Origin: Candidatus Helarchaeota archaeon
GTDB lineage: Archaea > Asgardarchaeota > Lokiarchaeia > Helarchaeales > RDOG01
NCBI GenBank assembly: GCA_019058315.1
Contig: JAHPZH010000001.1
Location: forward strand, 1,329,432-1,393,431
Reading direction: 5' to 3'
DNA length: 64,000 nucleotides
This document shows positions 20,940 to 30,091 of this stretch, piece after piece; position 1 is the stretch's first letter, and each line of letters starts with the position of its first letter. Position numbers and translations under genes: made by a program. The notes below the pieces were generated by a model, which was not told where the DNA came from, made no database searches, and worked only from the letters and a program-made list of their open reading frames with translations.

Positions 20940-22231
20940 AGGTTATGTCTGAAAAATCAGGTAAATCTATGAGAAAAAGAAGTGATAAACTCAAAGGGTT
21001 ACAAGTAATTACAAGTCAGGGTATTAAATTTCGTCATCCTATGAAAGATGTTCATACAGCCAGTATGATCATTTCTGGATGTGGTTGGGTCGACACGGAC
21101 GATGGCATTGTGTTAATTGACACTTTGATCAATAAAAAAGCTGCTAAAACGACTTATGATAAGATCCATGAGGTAAGTAAAGGTAGGATTAAATATATAA
21201 TTTATACACATGGTCATGGAGATCATATCGGTGGATGTGAAGTTTTTATGGCTGACAAACCAGAAGTCATAGCTAGCAAATATTTACCCGCCCGACTTGA
21301 TAAATATAGAATGTTGGCTCAACATAGAAACCGAATTTCAGCTCAACAGTTTGACTTGCCAGAAATAAAAATGCCTGAAAAACAAATCGCTAGAATATAT
21401 TCCAGTGTTATCTATCCAACTAAAACGTTTTTAGGAGAGATGACTTTTAAATTAGGAGATAAAACCTTTGAACTCCATACAACACGTGCAGAAACTGATG
21501 ATGCGTGTTGGGTATGGATACCTGAGATAAATGCAGCATTTGTTGGAGATTTGATTATTGGAAGTTTCCCAAACATTGGCAATCCATGGAAACCAACTCG
21601 TTTCGCCTTGGATTGGGTAAAAGCATTAGAAGAGGTTCGAGCCAAAGAGCCTGAAATCATTTTTGCTAGTGGAGCAGGCATAATGTATAGAGATGATGAT
21701 GTCTCAGCCGTTTTAGATGCAAATATCGAAGCAATCCGTAATATGCATGATCAAGTCATTGACTGTATTAATAAGGATATCCATATAACGGAGATGATTC
21801 ATAAAATTCAGCTACCAGATCATCTCAAAAATAATCCACATCTTGCTTTCTTATACTCTCGACCAGAATTTTTTGTATACAATGTATATCGGTGGTATCA
21901 TGGTTATTTTGATGGTAATCCAGCAAATCTATTACCCCGACCAGAGAAAGAAGTTATGGATGAGATTTATAAAATTATAGGTGATCCAGAAAAAATCTTG
22001 AATAGCGCCAAAGATCTCTTCGATCAGAATCAGGTGCAACTAGGTCTTCAAATATTGGATATTTTGATTCAGGCAGATCCAGAAAATATTAATGCACGAA
22101 AATTACGGATAAGAATGCTTAAAAAATTAGGTTCAAGGGATTATTGTTTAATGTCCCGTAACGCTTGGGTTTATTTTATTAAAAAGGATAAGAAATTTAT
22201 TCGCTCAAGAGAAAAAGCTAAGACTAATTAA
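20936..22231 (+). CDS. Metallo-beta-lactamase fold alkyl/aryl sulfatase-like protein with dimerisation domain
   Basis: THGHGDH, ETDD, GDL...FPNIGNP, WYHGYFDGNPANL and C-terminal ...RN motif typical of the SdsA-like family. Confidence 0.85.
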   Translation: MKVMSEKSGKSMRKRSDKLKGLQVITSQGIKFRHPMKDVHTASMIISGCGWVDTDDGIVLIDTLINKKAAKTTYDKIHEVSKGRIKYIIYTHGHGDHIGGCEVFMADKPEVIASKYLPARLDKYRMLAQHRNRISAQQFDLPEIKMPEKQIARIYSSVIYPTKTFLGEMTFKLGDKTFELHTTRAETDDACWVWIPEINAAFVGDLIIGSFPNIGNPWKPTRFALDWVKALEEVRAKEPEIIFASGAGIMYRDDDVSAVLDANIEAIRNMHDQVIDCINKDIHITEMIHKIQLPDHLKNNPHLAFLYSRPEFFVYNVYRWYHGYFDGNPANLLPRPEKEVMDEIYKIIGDPEKILNSAKDLFDQNQVQLGLQILDILIQADPENINARKLRIRMLKKLGSRDYCLMSRNAWVYFIKKDKKFIRSREKAKTN

Positions 22232-22259
22232 AATAAATCCATTAAGATGGAAACCTAAC

Positions 22260-23792
22260 TTATGCATCAAAATCTTTCAATTTATCAATTAATTCTTGAG
22301 CTCTTTCTTCCAAAATTTTTAAATCTGCCAATTTAATTCCAGACTTCTTCATTTGTGCTTTAATTGATTCTAATTCCTTAAATATATTCTTCTTTTTCTC
22401 TTTATAGCTTTTACAATATTTCACTACTGCCTTTGCATCATTAATATTCAAACCCTCTATTTTTTCGATCTGATTATTAGATAGATCTAAGGTTTGTAAT
22501 TGGGAGAGGGGTTCCAACCCCTGTATTTTATCGATCCGATTATTAGATAGTAATAGTGATAGTAATTGGGAGAGATTTTCCAATCCCTCTATCTTAGCAA
22601 TCTTATTATTATTGAGAGATAATGTTTGTAACTGGTTCAGGTTTTCCAATCGCTCTATCTTTGTGATTTGATTATTTGCAAGAAATAATTCTATCAAATG
22701 GGAGGGAGTTTCCATTCCCTCTAATTTGACGATCTGGTTATTGCTGATAGATAATAATTGTAACTGGTTAAGCTTTTCTAATCCCTGTATCTTTGTGATC
22801 TGATTTTCTGTAAACTCTAAATGTTCTAATTGGAGGAGGGTTTCCAATCCCTCTATCTTTTTGATCTGGTTTTTAAATAGAACTAATATTTTTAATTTGG
22901 TGAGGTTTTCTAATCCTTCTATCTTTGAGATTTGATTATTCGAAAGATATAATGTTAGTAAATTGGAGAGAGTTTTCATACCTTCTATCTTCGCAATCTG
23001 ATTATTAACGAGAGATAAAGTTTGTAATTGGTTAAGATTTTCTAAGCCCTCTATTTTTGTGATCTGATTATCTACAAGCTGTAAATCTTGTAATTGGGAT
23101 AGAGTTTCCAATCCTTCTATCTTCTTGATCTTATTACGTTCAAGATATAAATTTTTTAATTGAAGGAGGGTTTCTAACCCTTCTATCTTGGTAATCTGAT
23201 TATTAAATAGAGCTAATGTTTGTAATTTGGTGACTTTTTTTAATCCCTCAATTTTTGTGATCTGATTCAACCCAAGATTTAATAGTTTTAATTGGAAGAG
23301 GGTTTCCAATCCCTCCATCTCTTTGATCTGATTATTTTCAATCCATAATTCCTGTAATTGGGAGAGTGGTTTCAAGCCCTGTATCTTATCTATCTGATTA
23401 TAATTAAAATCTAAAATTAGTAATTGGGAAAGATTTTCCAATCCCTCTATCTTTGTAATTTGATTTTTAGTGAGAAATAATTTTTGTAATTGAGTAAGAT
23501 TTTCTAATCCCTCTATCTTTGTGATCTGATTGTCCCCAAGACTTAATACTTGTAATTTGGAGAGTTTGTCCAACCCCTCTATCCTTTTGATCCGATTTTG
23601 TGCTAGATATAATGTTTCTAAATGAGAGAGTCCCTCCAACCCCTCTATTTTAGTGACCCCTTTATTAGATATGTTAATGGAATAAACGTGCCAGTCTTTA
23701 TTTACCAATATATCAAATTTACTAAGTTTATATTTCTTTGTTAGTCTTTCAATTGCTTCTTCTTCTTCTGGCTGAAATTCAATATTTGCCAT
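22260..23792 (-). CDS. Leucine-rich repeat protein, about 18 SDS22-class 22-aa repeats, no signal peptide
   Basis: Repeat consensus NQITKIEGLENLSQLxxLxLxx, with a 66-bp periodicity in the DNA. Confidence 0.93.
   Translation of the reverse strand: MANIEFQPEEEEAIERLTKKYKLSKFDILVNKDWHVYSINISNKGVTKIEGLEGLSHLETLYLAQNRIKRIEGLDKLSKLQVLSLGDNQITKIEGLENLTQLQKLFLTKNQITKIEGLENLSQLLILDFNYNQIDKIQGLKPLSQLQELWIENNQIKEMEGLETLFQLKLLNLGLNQITKIEGLKKVTKLQTLALFNNQITKIEGLETLLQLKNLYLERNKIKKIEGLETLSQLQDLQLVDNQITKIEGLENLNQLQTLSLVNNQIAKIEGMKTLSNLLTLYLSNNQISKIEGLENLTKLKILVLFKNQIKKIEGLETLLQLEHLEFTENQITKIQGLEKLNQLQLLSISNNQIVKLEGMETPSHLIELFLANNQITKIERLENLNQLQTLSLNNNKIAKIEGLENLSQLLSLLLSNNRIDKIQGLEPLSQLQTLDLSNNQIEKIEGLNINDAKAVVKYCKSYKEKKKNIFKELESIKAQMKKSGIKLADLKILEERAQELIDKLKDFDA
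22450..23660 (-). repeat. Coding tandem repeat, 66-bp unit (LRR)
   Basis: Recurrent + strand motif aatccctctatctttgtgatctgatt at 66-bp intervals. Confidence 0.9.
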
Positions 23793-23859
23793 ATTTTAAC
23801 ACGAAATTGATATTTACTTTATTTACTACAACATGCTTATTGCCTTTTCTATTAGATTT

Positions 23860-24855
23860 TCATTTATTAATTGCATTCAATTTATCAATTAATTGTTGAG
23901 CCCTTTTTTCTAAATTTTCTAAATCTACCAACTTAATGCCTGGCATGTTCATTTGTTCTTTTATTGATTCTAATTTCTCTAATAGATTTTGTTTGTATAA
24001 GTTTTTAGAATATTTTACTATTGCTTGTGCATCATTCATATCCAAACCGTCCACTTTAGCGATTTGATTATTTTCAAGGTATAATGATTCTAATTGTGAG
24101 AGGTGTTCCAATCCCCCTAATGTCTCTATCTGATTACCAGAAAGATCTAATTTATTTAATTGGGAGAGGTTATCCAGTCCCTCTATTTTGGTGATTTGAT
24201 TATATCCAAGACGTAATTCTAGTAATTGGGATAGGGCTTCTAATCCTTCTATCTTTTTGATCTGATTGTTGAAAAGGTGCAATGTTTTTATTTTGGTGAG
24301 GTTATCCAGCCCCTCTATCTTTTTGATCTGATTATTGTGAAGAGTTAAAGCTTGTAATTGGGAAAGGTTTTCTAACCTCTCTATCTTCGTGATCTGATTA
24401 CTTCCAAGCCATAAATATTGTAATTTGGAGAGTGTCTCTATGCCCTCTATCTTTTTGATCTGATTGTCTTCAAGTTGTAATAATTTTAATTGAGAGAGAT
24501 TTTCTAATCCTTGAATATTCGTAATCTCATTACTATAGACTTCCAATGTTTCTAATTGAGAGAGATTTTCTAACCCTTCTATCTTTTTGATTTGATTATT
24601 ACCTAGATATAATATTTTTAATTGAGATAGCATGTCCAACCCCTCCATCTTAACAATCTTATTACCATAAAGTTCTAATTGTCGTAATTGGGAGAGAGTT
24701 TCCAACCCTTCTATCCTCGTGAACCCTTTAAGTGATAGACCAAGAGAATAAACGTGTCCTTCATTATTAACATCGAAATCTTGCTCCTCAAGTCCATAGT
24801 TCTTTATTAAGAAATCAATTGTTTCTCTTTCTTCTTGAAATTTAATTTTTTCCAT
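23860..24855 (-). CDS. Leucine-rich repeat protein, about 10 SDS22-class repeats (paralogue); probable start ATG 24855
   Basis: Same repeat consensus and same N- and C-caps as the neighbour. MEKIKFQ aligns with MANIEFQ, and the upstream DNA is homologous. Confidence 0.9.
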   Translation of the reverse strand: MEKIKFQEERETIDFLIKNYGLEEQDFDVNNEGHVYSLGLSLKGFTRIEGLETLSQLRQLELYGNKIVKMEGLDMLSQLKILYLGNNQIKKIEGLENLSQLETLEVYSNEITNIQGLENLSQLKLLQLEDNQIKKIEGIETLSKLQYLWLGSNQITKIERLENLSQLQALTLHNNQIKKIEGLDNLTKIKTLHLFNNQIKKIEGLEALSQLLELRLGYNQITKIEGLDNLSQLNKLDLSGNQIETLGGLEHLSQLESLYLENNQIAKVDGLDMNDAQAIVKYSKNLYKQNLLEKLESIKEQMNMPGIKLVDLENLEKRAQQLIDKLNAINK

Positions 24856-24989
24856 GTTCAACCACGAAGTCGATGTCATGATGATGTATTTACAACAGGT
24901 CTATTGAGTTTTCTTTTTTATTTAATCTCAATTTAAATTAATAGCAGCTATAGTGTTATTATAAAAAATTTTTTTTTAATTCTTACTAT

Positions 24990-25610
24990 TTATAATAATT
25001 CTTCACATTTTTTTACAGCATCTTGGGGATCTTTACCGAAGGCAACACCTAATTTATCTGCAATAGCTTTAGTGAATGCAGACCCTCCAACAATTATTTT
25101 AATTTTATCTCTAAGATTCTCCTTTTCCAATAAATTAGTAATTTCTTTTACAGATTCAATTGCCATTGTGAGAAGAGCTGACAATGCCAAAATATCAGCA
25201 TTCATTTTTTTAATAAATTCTATAAATTTTTCAGCAGGAACATCAACTCCTAGATCTTCGACATAGAATCCTGCTGCTCTTAATATTGTAATTACGATAT
25301 TTTTTCCAATATCATGAATATCACCTTTGACAGTTCCAAATACAATTTTTCCTTTCGCTTTTGTTTTAATATCTTCCTTTAATATAGGTTTTAATTCTTC
25401 GAACGCATCCTGGAAGATGTCTCCACCTGTTATTAGCTCCGCTAAAAAATATTCTTTTTTCTCAAATAAATCACCTACAATTTTTACACCTTGAGAAAGC
25501 CATTCTATTATTTTTAAAGGTTTTGTACCTTTTTCAATTTCTTTTTTCACGAGCTCCATAACTTTGGCTCTTTTTAAATCGCCCATTGCATTAATTAATT
25601 CATTATTCAT
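24990..25610 (-). CDS. Corrinoid (B12-binding) methyl-acceptor protein, MtaC/MttC-like
   Basis: N-terminal cap (VGDLFEKKEYFLAEL), GTVKGDIHDIGKNIV (DxHxxG), SALLT, IVGG; probable ATG start at 25610. Confidence 0.93.
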   Translation of the reverse strand: MNNELINAMGDLKRAKVMELVKKEIEKGTKPLKIIEWLSQGVKIVGDLFEKKEYFLAELITGGDIFQDAFEELKPILKEDIKTKAKGKIVFGTVKGDIHDIGKNIVITILRAAGFYVEDLGVDVPAEKFIEFIKKMNADILALSALLTMAIESVKEITNLLEKENLRDKIKIIVGGSAFTKAIADKLGVAFGKDPQDAVKKCEELL

Positions 25611-25623
25611 ATTAATCACTTAT

Positions 25624-26766
25624 TTAAGCTTTATATAAACCATATTTCATTACAGAATCTCTCATTGCTTTTAAATTAGCAAGCGAAACGTTGTCAGGTA
25701 GAACGCAAGCAGAACATAGCATATATCCTCCACCTTCTTTGCATCCTTCAATTTGTTTCCTACAGTATTTTTCGACTTCCTTTGGGGACCCCAAACCGGT
25801 AATTTGAGGTGGTAAATTCCCCATTATACAGGCTCTATCTCCCAAAATTTCCTTAGCTTTGAAAATATCGGTTAGGTCTAAATGAAACATAATCTTACCC
25901 TTAGGAAATTCCGTAAAATACTCTAATACATCTGTATAGTCATTATCTAGATGATATTGAACAATACAACCTTTTTTAATAATGAAATCAGAAATTTTTT
26001 TAATATGTGGCCAAAATAACTCAAATTTTTTAGGAGAAATTAAATTAGTTGCTATACGACTGAATCCGAAAAGGACCATTTTTGGACCTTTATGACCTCC
26101 AAGAGTAAGGATTTGTAATTGCCCATCAAGAGTTTTCAGCATTTCATCAGTAGTAGCATCACAGGCTTCTACTAATTTTTCTGGAATTTCCACTACATCT
26201 GTTAAATATTTGTTAAAGGACCTCAGAAAAGAAATAATATCCACAGGTGGTTCAATATACCCATGTGCAAGCGCCATAAGTCCCTTTTCTTTATGCCAAC
26301 GACCAATATCTAGTGCCACATAGTCATTTAATATTTTGGACAGCTCTTTCTGTAACTTTCTATCCTTTCTTTTAAAGAGAGAATAACCCTTTTCTATTAA
26401 TAGATCATAATCCTCACGCTTCATTATTTCACGTTCATTCATCTGCTCTGAAACATTACCTTTTGGGAGCGTCCAGTCGAAATAAAACATACTATGACTG
26501 TTGGGAAAAGGTGCATAATAGCCCAATATGGGAGATGTTCCTGATAAAATATCAAACCCGCCAGTCATATTCCACAATTTTTTACTTGCTTCAAATGATT
26601 TAGATATGTCAAAAAAAAACTCTTCAATCGTTATTCCTGTTAATAATGCAGGAGCACAATGGAAGGCTGCTACTACTGGCACCCTATCCGGTTCCTTAAT
26701 GGATAAAACTGTCTCTACACGCTCTTTTGGAAGCATGGTGTCCTTATCGTGTAATTTAAAACTCAA
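25624..26766 (-). CDS. Uroporphyrinogen decarboxylase / MtaA-CmuA family (corrinoid methyltransferase-like) protein
   Basis: ER...EPDRVPV, DIFKAKEILGDRACIMGNL, GGGYMLCSAC; adjacent to the corrinoid protein. Confidence 0.88.
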   Translation of the reverse strand: MSFKLHDKDTMLPKERVETVLSIKEPDRVPVVAAFHCAPALLTGITIEEFFFDISKSFEASKKLWNMTGGFDILSGTSPILGYYAPFPNSHSMFYFDWTLPKGNVSEQMNEREIMKREDYDLLIEKGYSLFKRKDRKLQKELSKILNDYVALDIGRWHKEKGLMALAHGYIEPPVDIISFLRSFNKYLTDVVEIPEKLVEACDATTDEMLKTLDGQLQILTLGGHKGPKMVLFGFSRIATNLISPKKFELFWPHIKKISDFIIKKGCIVQYHLDNDYTDVLEYFTEFPKGKIMFHLDLTDIFKAKEILGDRACIMGNLPPQITGLGSPKEVEKYCRKQIEGCKEGGGYMLCSACVLPDNVSLANLKAMRDSVMKYGLYKA

Positions 26767-26831
26767 ATGAACACTTCTGTCAAATATTTTAGGTTAAACA
26801 TTAAAAAATAAGAAATTTAATTTTAATATAA

Positions 26832-27689
26832 TTATTTTACTGGTTTCAAAGATTCTCTAAACACAAAGGGCATCATTTTATTATATTTTTTGATATTGCG
26901 AAGAATTTTTTCATTTAATTGGGGTTTAATATCTTTAAAGAGTGTTTTCCAATCGGGATAAGTACGTCCTTGAATTAATGGTGTAATTGTGGCTTTCATA
27001 TTGTCCAATTGAATACGCTTAACCACCGTTCCAGAAGGCAATTTATTTTCATTAGAAGCGAGGTAACTCGCGATTGGTCCTATAATTTCAGGGGGGTCCT
27101 TTCTACCAGGAGAAGCTCCAGCTAATCTTGTATCAATTAATCCGGGATTAATTGTATATACTTTAACATGTTTTTCCTCCTTTGCAAGGACATCTGCAAA
27201 AAGTAGTAATCCTGCTTTAGAAACTCCATAGGCACTTAAATAAAGCTGACCTTCAATACCAAAACCTGACGATATATTAATAATGCAACCAGATTTTTGC
27301 TTTTTCATAATATTTAAGCTTTCCCTTGTTGCAATAAATGCACCTCTAAGGTTAACATTCATAATCAAATCCCATTCGCTTGTTTTCATTTTAGCAATAG
27401 GTGATCCTCCAGAAACACCTGCATTATTTACCAAAATATCAATTTTATTAAATTCTTCAAATGTCTTGGAAATTAAAGCCTTAATATCTTCTTCTTTAGT
27501 CATATCTGTGCGTATGGATAATGATTTACGTCCCAATTTATGAATTTCATCTCTAACATTCTCAATTTCGCTTACAGTTCTTGCGGCAACGACAACATCA
27601 GAGCTATTTCTTGCAAAATCTAATGCAATAGCCTTCCCAATGCCGCGTCCGCCACCAGTAACAATTGCTACTTTTCCTTCTAAACTCAT
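26832..27689 (-). CDS. SDR family oxidoreductase with C-terminal extension
   Basis: TGGGRGIG, NNAG, YGVSK. Confidence 0.92.
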   Translation of the reverse strand: MSLEGKVAIVTGGGRGIGKAIALDFARNSSDVVVAARTVSEIENVRDEIHKLGRKSLSIRTDMTKEEDIKALISKTFEEFNKIDILVNNAGVSGGSPIAKMKTSEWDLIMNVNLRGAFIATRESLNIMKKQKSGCIINISSGFGIEGQLYLSAYGVSKAGLLLFADVLAKEEKHVKVYTINPGLIDTRLAGASPGRKDPPEIIGPIASYLASNENKLPSGTVVKRIQLDNMKATITPLIQGRTYPDWKTLFKDIKPQLNEKILRNIKKYNKMMPFVFRESLKPVK

Positions 27690-27824
27690 TAAGGTTCCCT
27701 CATGTTTTAATTAAAATTTTTAATATTGATTCATGAAATAAATTACAATTGGTTAATAAATTATTATTATTTCTGACTCACTATTATCTTACTAAAACTT
27801 GAAATATTATGGTTTGGGAATAAA

Positions 27825-28952
27825 ATGGATGTAAATAAATTAAGTATTGGGACCGAAGCGTCTTTTTTTCCACCATTTGAAAAGGGAATAAATACAATTA
27901 AGAAGCTTGAAGAATCGGGTTATGATTCTATTTGGTTAGCAGATCACCTGATGGCTTGGGTTCCAGAATCAATTTGGACACCAGAAATTACAGGATTAGC
28001 GGCTAAAGGAGTCAATACTCCACACATTTATTTTGATGCCCTTTGTACACTTTCAATTGCAGCGTGGAATACCGAAAAAATTCAAATAGGAACTGCCGTT
28101 ACTGAAACCTTCCGTCGTCATCCGGCTATGTTAGCGCAAGCATTTCTGACTTTAGATCATCTATCAAAAGGAAGAGCAATTCTAGGACTTGGTGCAGGTG
28201 AAGGGGAAAATATTACCCCTTATGGTATTAAATGGAATAGACCTGCAAGCAGACTAGAAGAAGCTATTAAAATAATTAAGTTGTTATGGAAAAGCGAAAA
28301 GAAGGTTGATTTTGAGGGGAAATTTTGGAAATTAAAAGATGCAGTATTAGGTTTGCCACCTTATAAAAAAGGGCAATATCCTCCAATTTGGATTGCAGCC
28401 ATGGGACCAAAAATGCTCGATATTACTGGTAAACTAGGAGATGGATGGCTGCCTGTAAATCTAGATATAAATTCATACGAAAAGGGGTTTAAAATTATAA
28501 AATCTTCAGCAAAAAAAGTAGGGCGGAATCCTGCTGAAATAACTCCATCACTATATAGTTATATAATTATTGATGAGGATTATGATGAATGCCTCCGTTT
28601 GCTTGAAACTCCAATGTCTAAGAACTTTATTCTAATAGCATCAAATGAAACATTTAGGCGATATGGTTGTACACATCCCCTTGGTGAAAATTTCTATGGA
28701 CTTCGAGACTATATACCAAGTCGATATGATCGGGAAGCTGCTCTTGATGCCATTGAAAAAGTCCCTACAGAATTATGTTCTGACAGTTATTTAATTGGAA
28801 CTCCTGAGGATATAATAGATAAGATAGAAAAATATATGGAAATTGGTCTACAACATATAGTTTTATTTAATATAACTTACTACTGTGACTCTAATAAAAT
28901 AAAAAGCTCATTTGGGGGAATAAAAAAAGTATTAGAACATTTTAAAGGTTAA
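27825..28952 (+). CDS. LLM-class (luciferase-like) probable F420-dependent oxidoreductase
   Basis: GYDSIWLADH, RRHPAMLAQAFLTLDHLSKGRAILGLGAGE, PPIWIAA.GP, GDGW. Confidence 0.9.
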   Translation: MDVNKLSIGTEASFFPPFEKGINTIKKLEESGYDSIWLADHLMAWVPESIWTPEITGLAAKGVNTPHIYFDALCTLSIAAWNTEKIQIGTAVTETFRRHPAMLAQAFLTLDHLSKGRAILGLGAGEGENITPYGIKWNRPASRLEEAIKIIKLLWKSEKKVDFEGKFWKLKDAVLGLPPYKKGQYPPIWIAAMGPKMLDITGKLGDGWLPVNLDINSYEKGFKIIKSSAKKVGRNPAEITPSLYSYIIIDEDYDECLRLLETPMSKNFILIASNETFRRYGCTHPLGENFYGLRDYIPSRYDREAALDAIEKVPTELCSDSYLIGTPEDIIDKIEKYMEIGLQHIVLFNITYYCDSNKIKSSFGGIKKVLEHFKG

Positions 28953-29015
28953 AAAGAATTAATATTTGAAAAATCCTAATACTTATTGAAATTAAAAAAA
29001 ATGGGATAATTAACT

Positions 29016-30080
29016 ATGATTTTAGATCCTCTAGAATTTACTTCCTTATTAATGCGATTTGCCTTTGCAATTGCCTCTATTCTTAATGCTGGGGTTTTCT
29101 TTTTGAAAGTAAAACGTGCAAAAGGATCTATGTTTGATTTTTCATCTTTTTTTGGATTAGGAATCTTTGCCCTCCTTGGTGGAATAGCAGAAATTTATTT
29201 CACCTATTACTACTACTATATTTTTGTATTTAATCAAGAATTATTTGATATTTACACATACGCAACATATGTAGGTTACTTGGGGGTAATTGGGATAATT
29301 TTTTTATCAGAAAAGATGTTTGGTAAAACAAAATATGTTTTTACCATTTCTTGTATTATTAGTTTCATTTGTGCTATTTTTTTTGTAAATTCAATTGAAG
29401 AATTACGGGTTTATACCACCATAATGCTCCCAACATCGGGGTTAATTGTTTTCATCAATTTTGGTTATTCAATGGTGTTTAAAACGACGGGCGAAATCCG
29501 GAAAAAAATGAGAAATGTATTTATTGGCTTTTTAACATTCATGATATTCTATATGCTAGATTCTGAGCTTGTAAAAAATTCTTTTCCTATTCACCCACAA
29601 ATTACAACCATTATTGCAATGCTTGGACTTATAGTAATCATTAGTTGGTGGGCATACATATTTCTCAGCTTTGAAACCTTTACTGAATTTGGGTGGAGGG
29701 AAAAATTAAAAGAACTTTATATCATTGCACCAAATGGGGGAACCTTATTCCATTATTCTTTTGAAAAAGGCACACCAGAAAAAACACCTGATCTAGTAAG
29801 TGCTGGTTTAACGGGATTTAAAGATGTTATAGCAGAAATAATACAAAGTAGGCAGAATTTAAAAGTCATGGATCATCAGGATGTAAAAATTATTTTTGAA
29901 TATGGAAATTATTCAACTTTAGCTTTAATAGCATATGAAAATTTAAAGATATATCAGTCTAAATTAGATTCCTTAATAAAGCAGTTCGAAAATTTATTCC
30001 AAGATGTTCTTTCAGACTGGAAAGGAGAGACTGAGGTCTTCCTACCTTCTAAAAGATTAATAGAAGAAATTTTTGGATGA
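29016..30080 (+). CDS. 7TM membrane protein with C-terminal longin/roadblock-like domain
   Basis: Seven hydrophobic helices followed by WREKLKELYIIAPNGGTLFHYSF...DLVSAGLTG...LKVMDHQDVKIIFEYG, which aligns with the TPR-protein C-termini. Confidence 0.82.
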   Translation: MILDPLEFTSLLMRFAFAIASILNAGVFFLKVKRAKGSMFDFSSFFGLGIFALLGGIAEIYFTYYYYYIFVFNQELFDIYTYATYVGYLGVIGIIFLSEKMFGKTKYVFTISCIISFICAIFFVNSIEELRVYTTIMLPTSGLIVFINFGYSMVFKTTGEIRKKMRNVFIGFLTFMIFYMLDSELVKNSFPIHPQITTIIAMLGLIVIISWWAYIFLSFETFTEFGWREKLKELYIIAPNGGTLFHYSFEKGTPEKTPDLVSAGLTGFKDVIAEIIQSRQNLKVMDHQDVKIIFEYGNYSTLALIAYENLKIYQSKLDSLIKQFENLFQDVLSDWKGETEVFLPSKRLIEEIFG

Positions 30081-30091
30081 ATTTGAATAAT

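Noticed and set aside
22450-24720. Regular 66-bp repeats with variable intervening bases resembling a CRISPR array
   Set aside because: The repeats are degenerate, in frame and encode LRRs with third-position variation. No cas genes or leader are present.
14383-24855. SDS22-PP1-like regulatory pair (LRR proteins plus phosphoesterase)
   Set aside because: The genes are 7 kb apart with unrelated genes between them. The phosphoesterase lacks the PPP GDxVDRG/GNHE signature, and the LRR class alone does not imply orthology to SDS22.
25624-26766. Calling the gene hemE (true uroporphyrinogen decarboxylase)
   Set aside because: It lacks the RQAGR motif and is adjacent to a corrinoid protein, which fits the methyltransferase-like branch.
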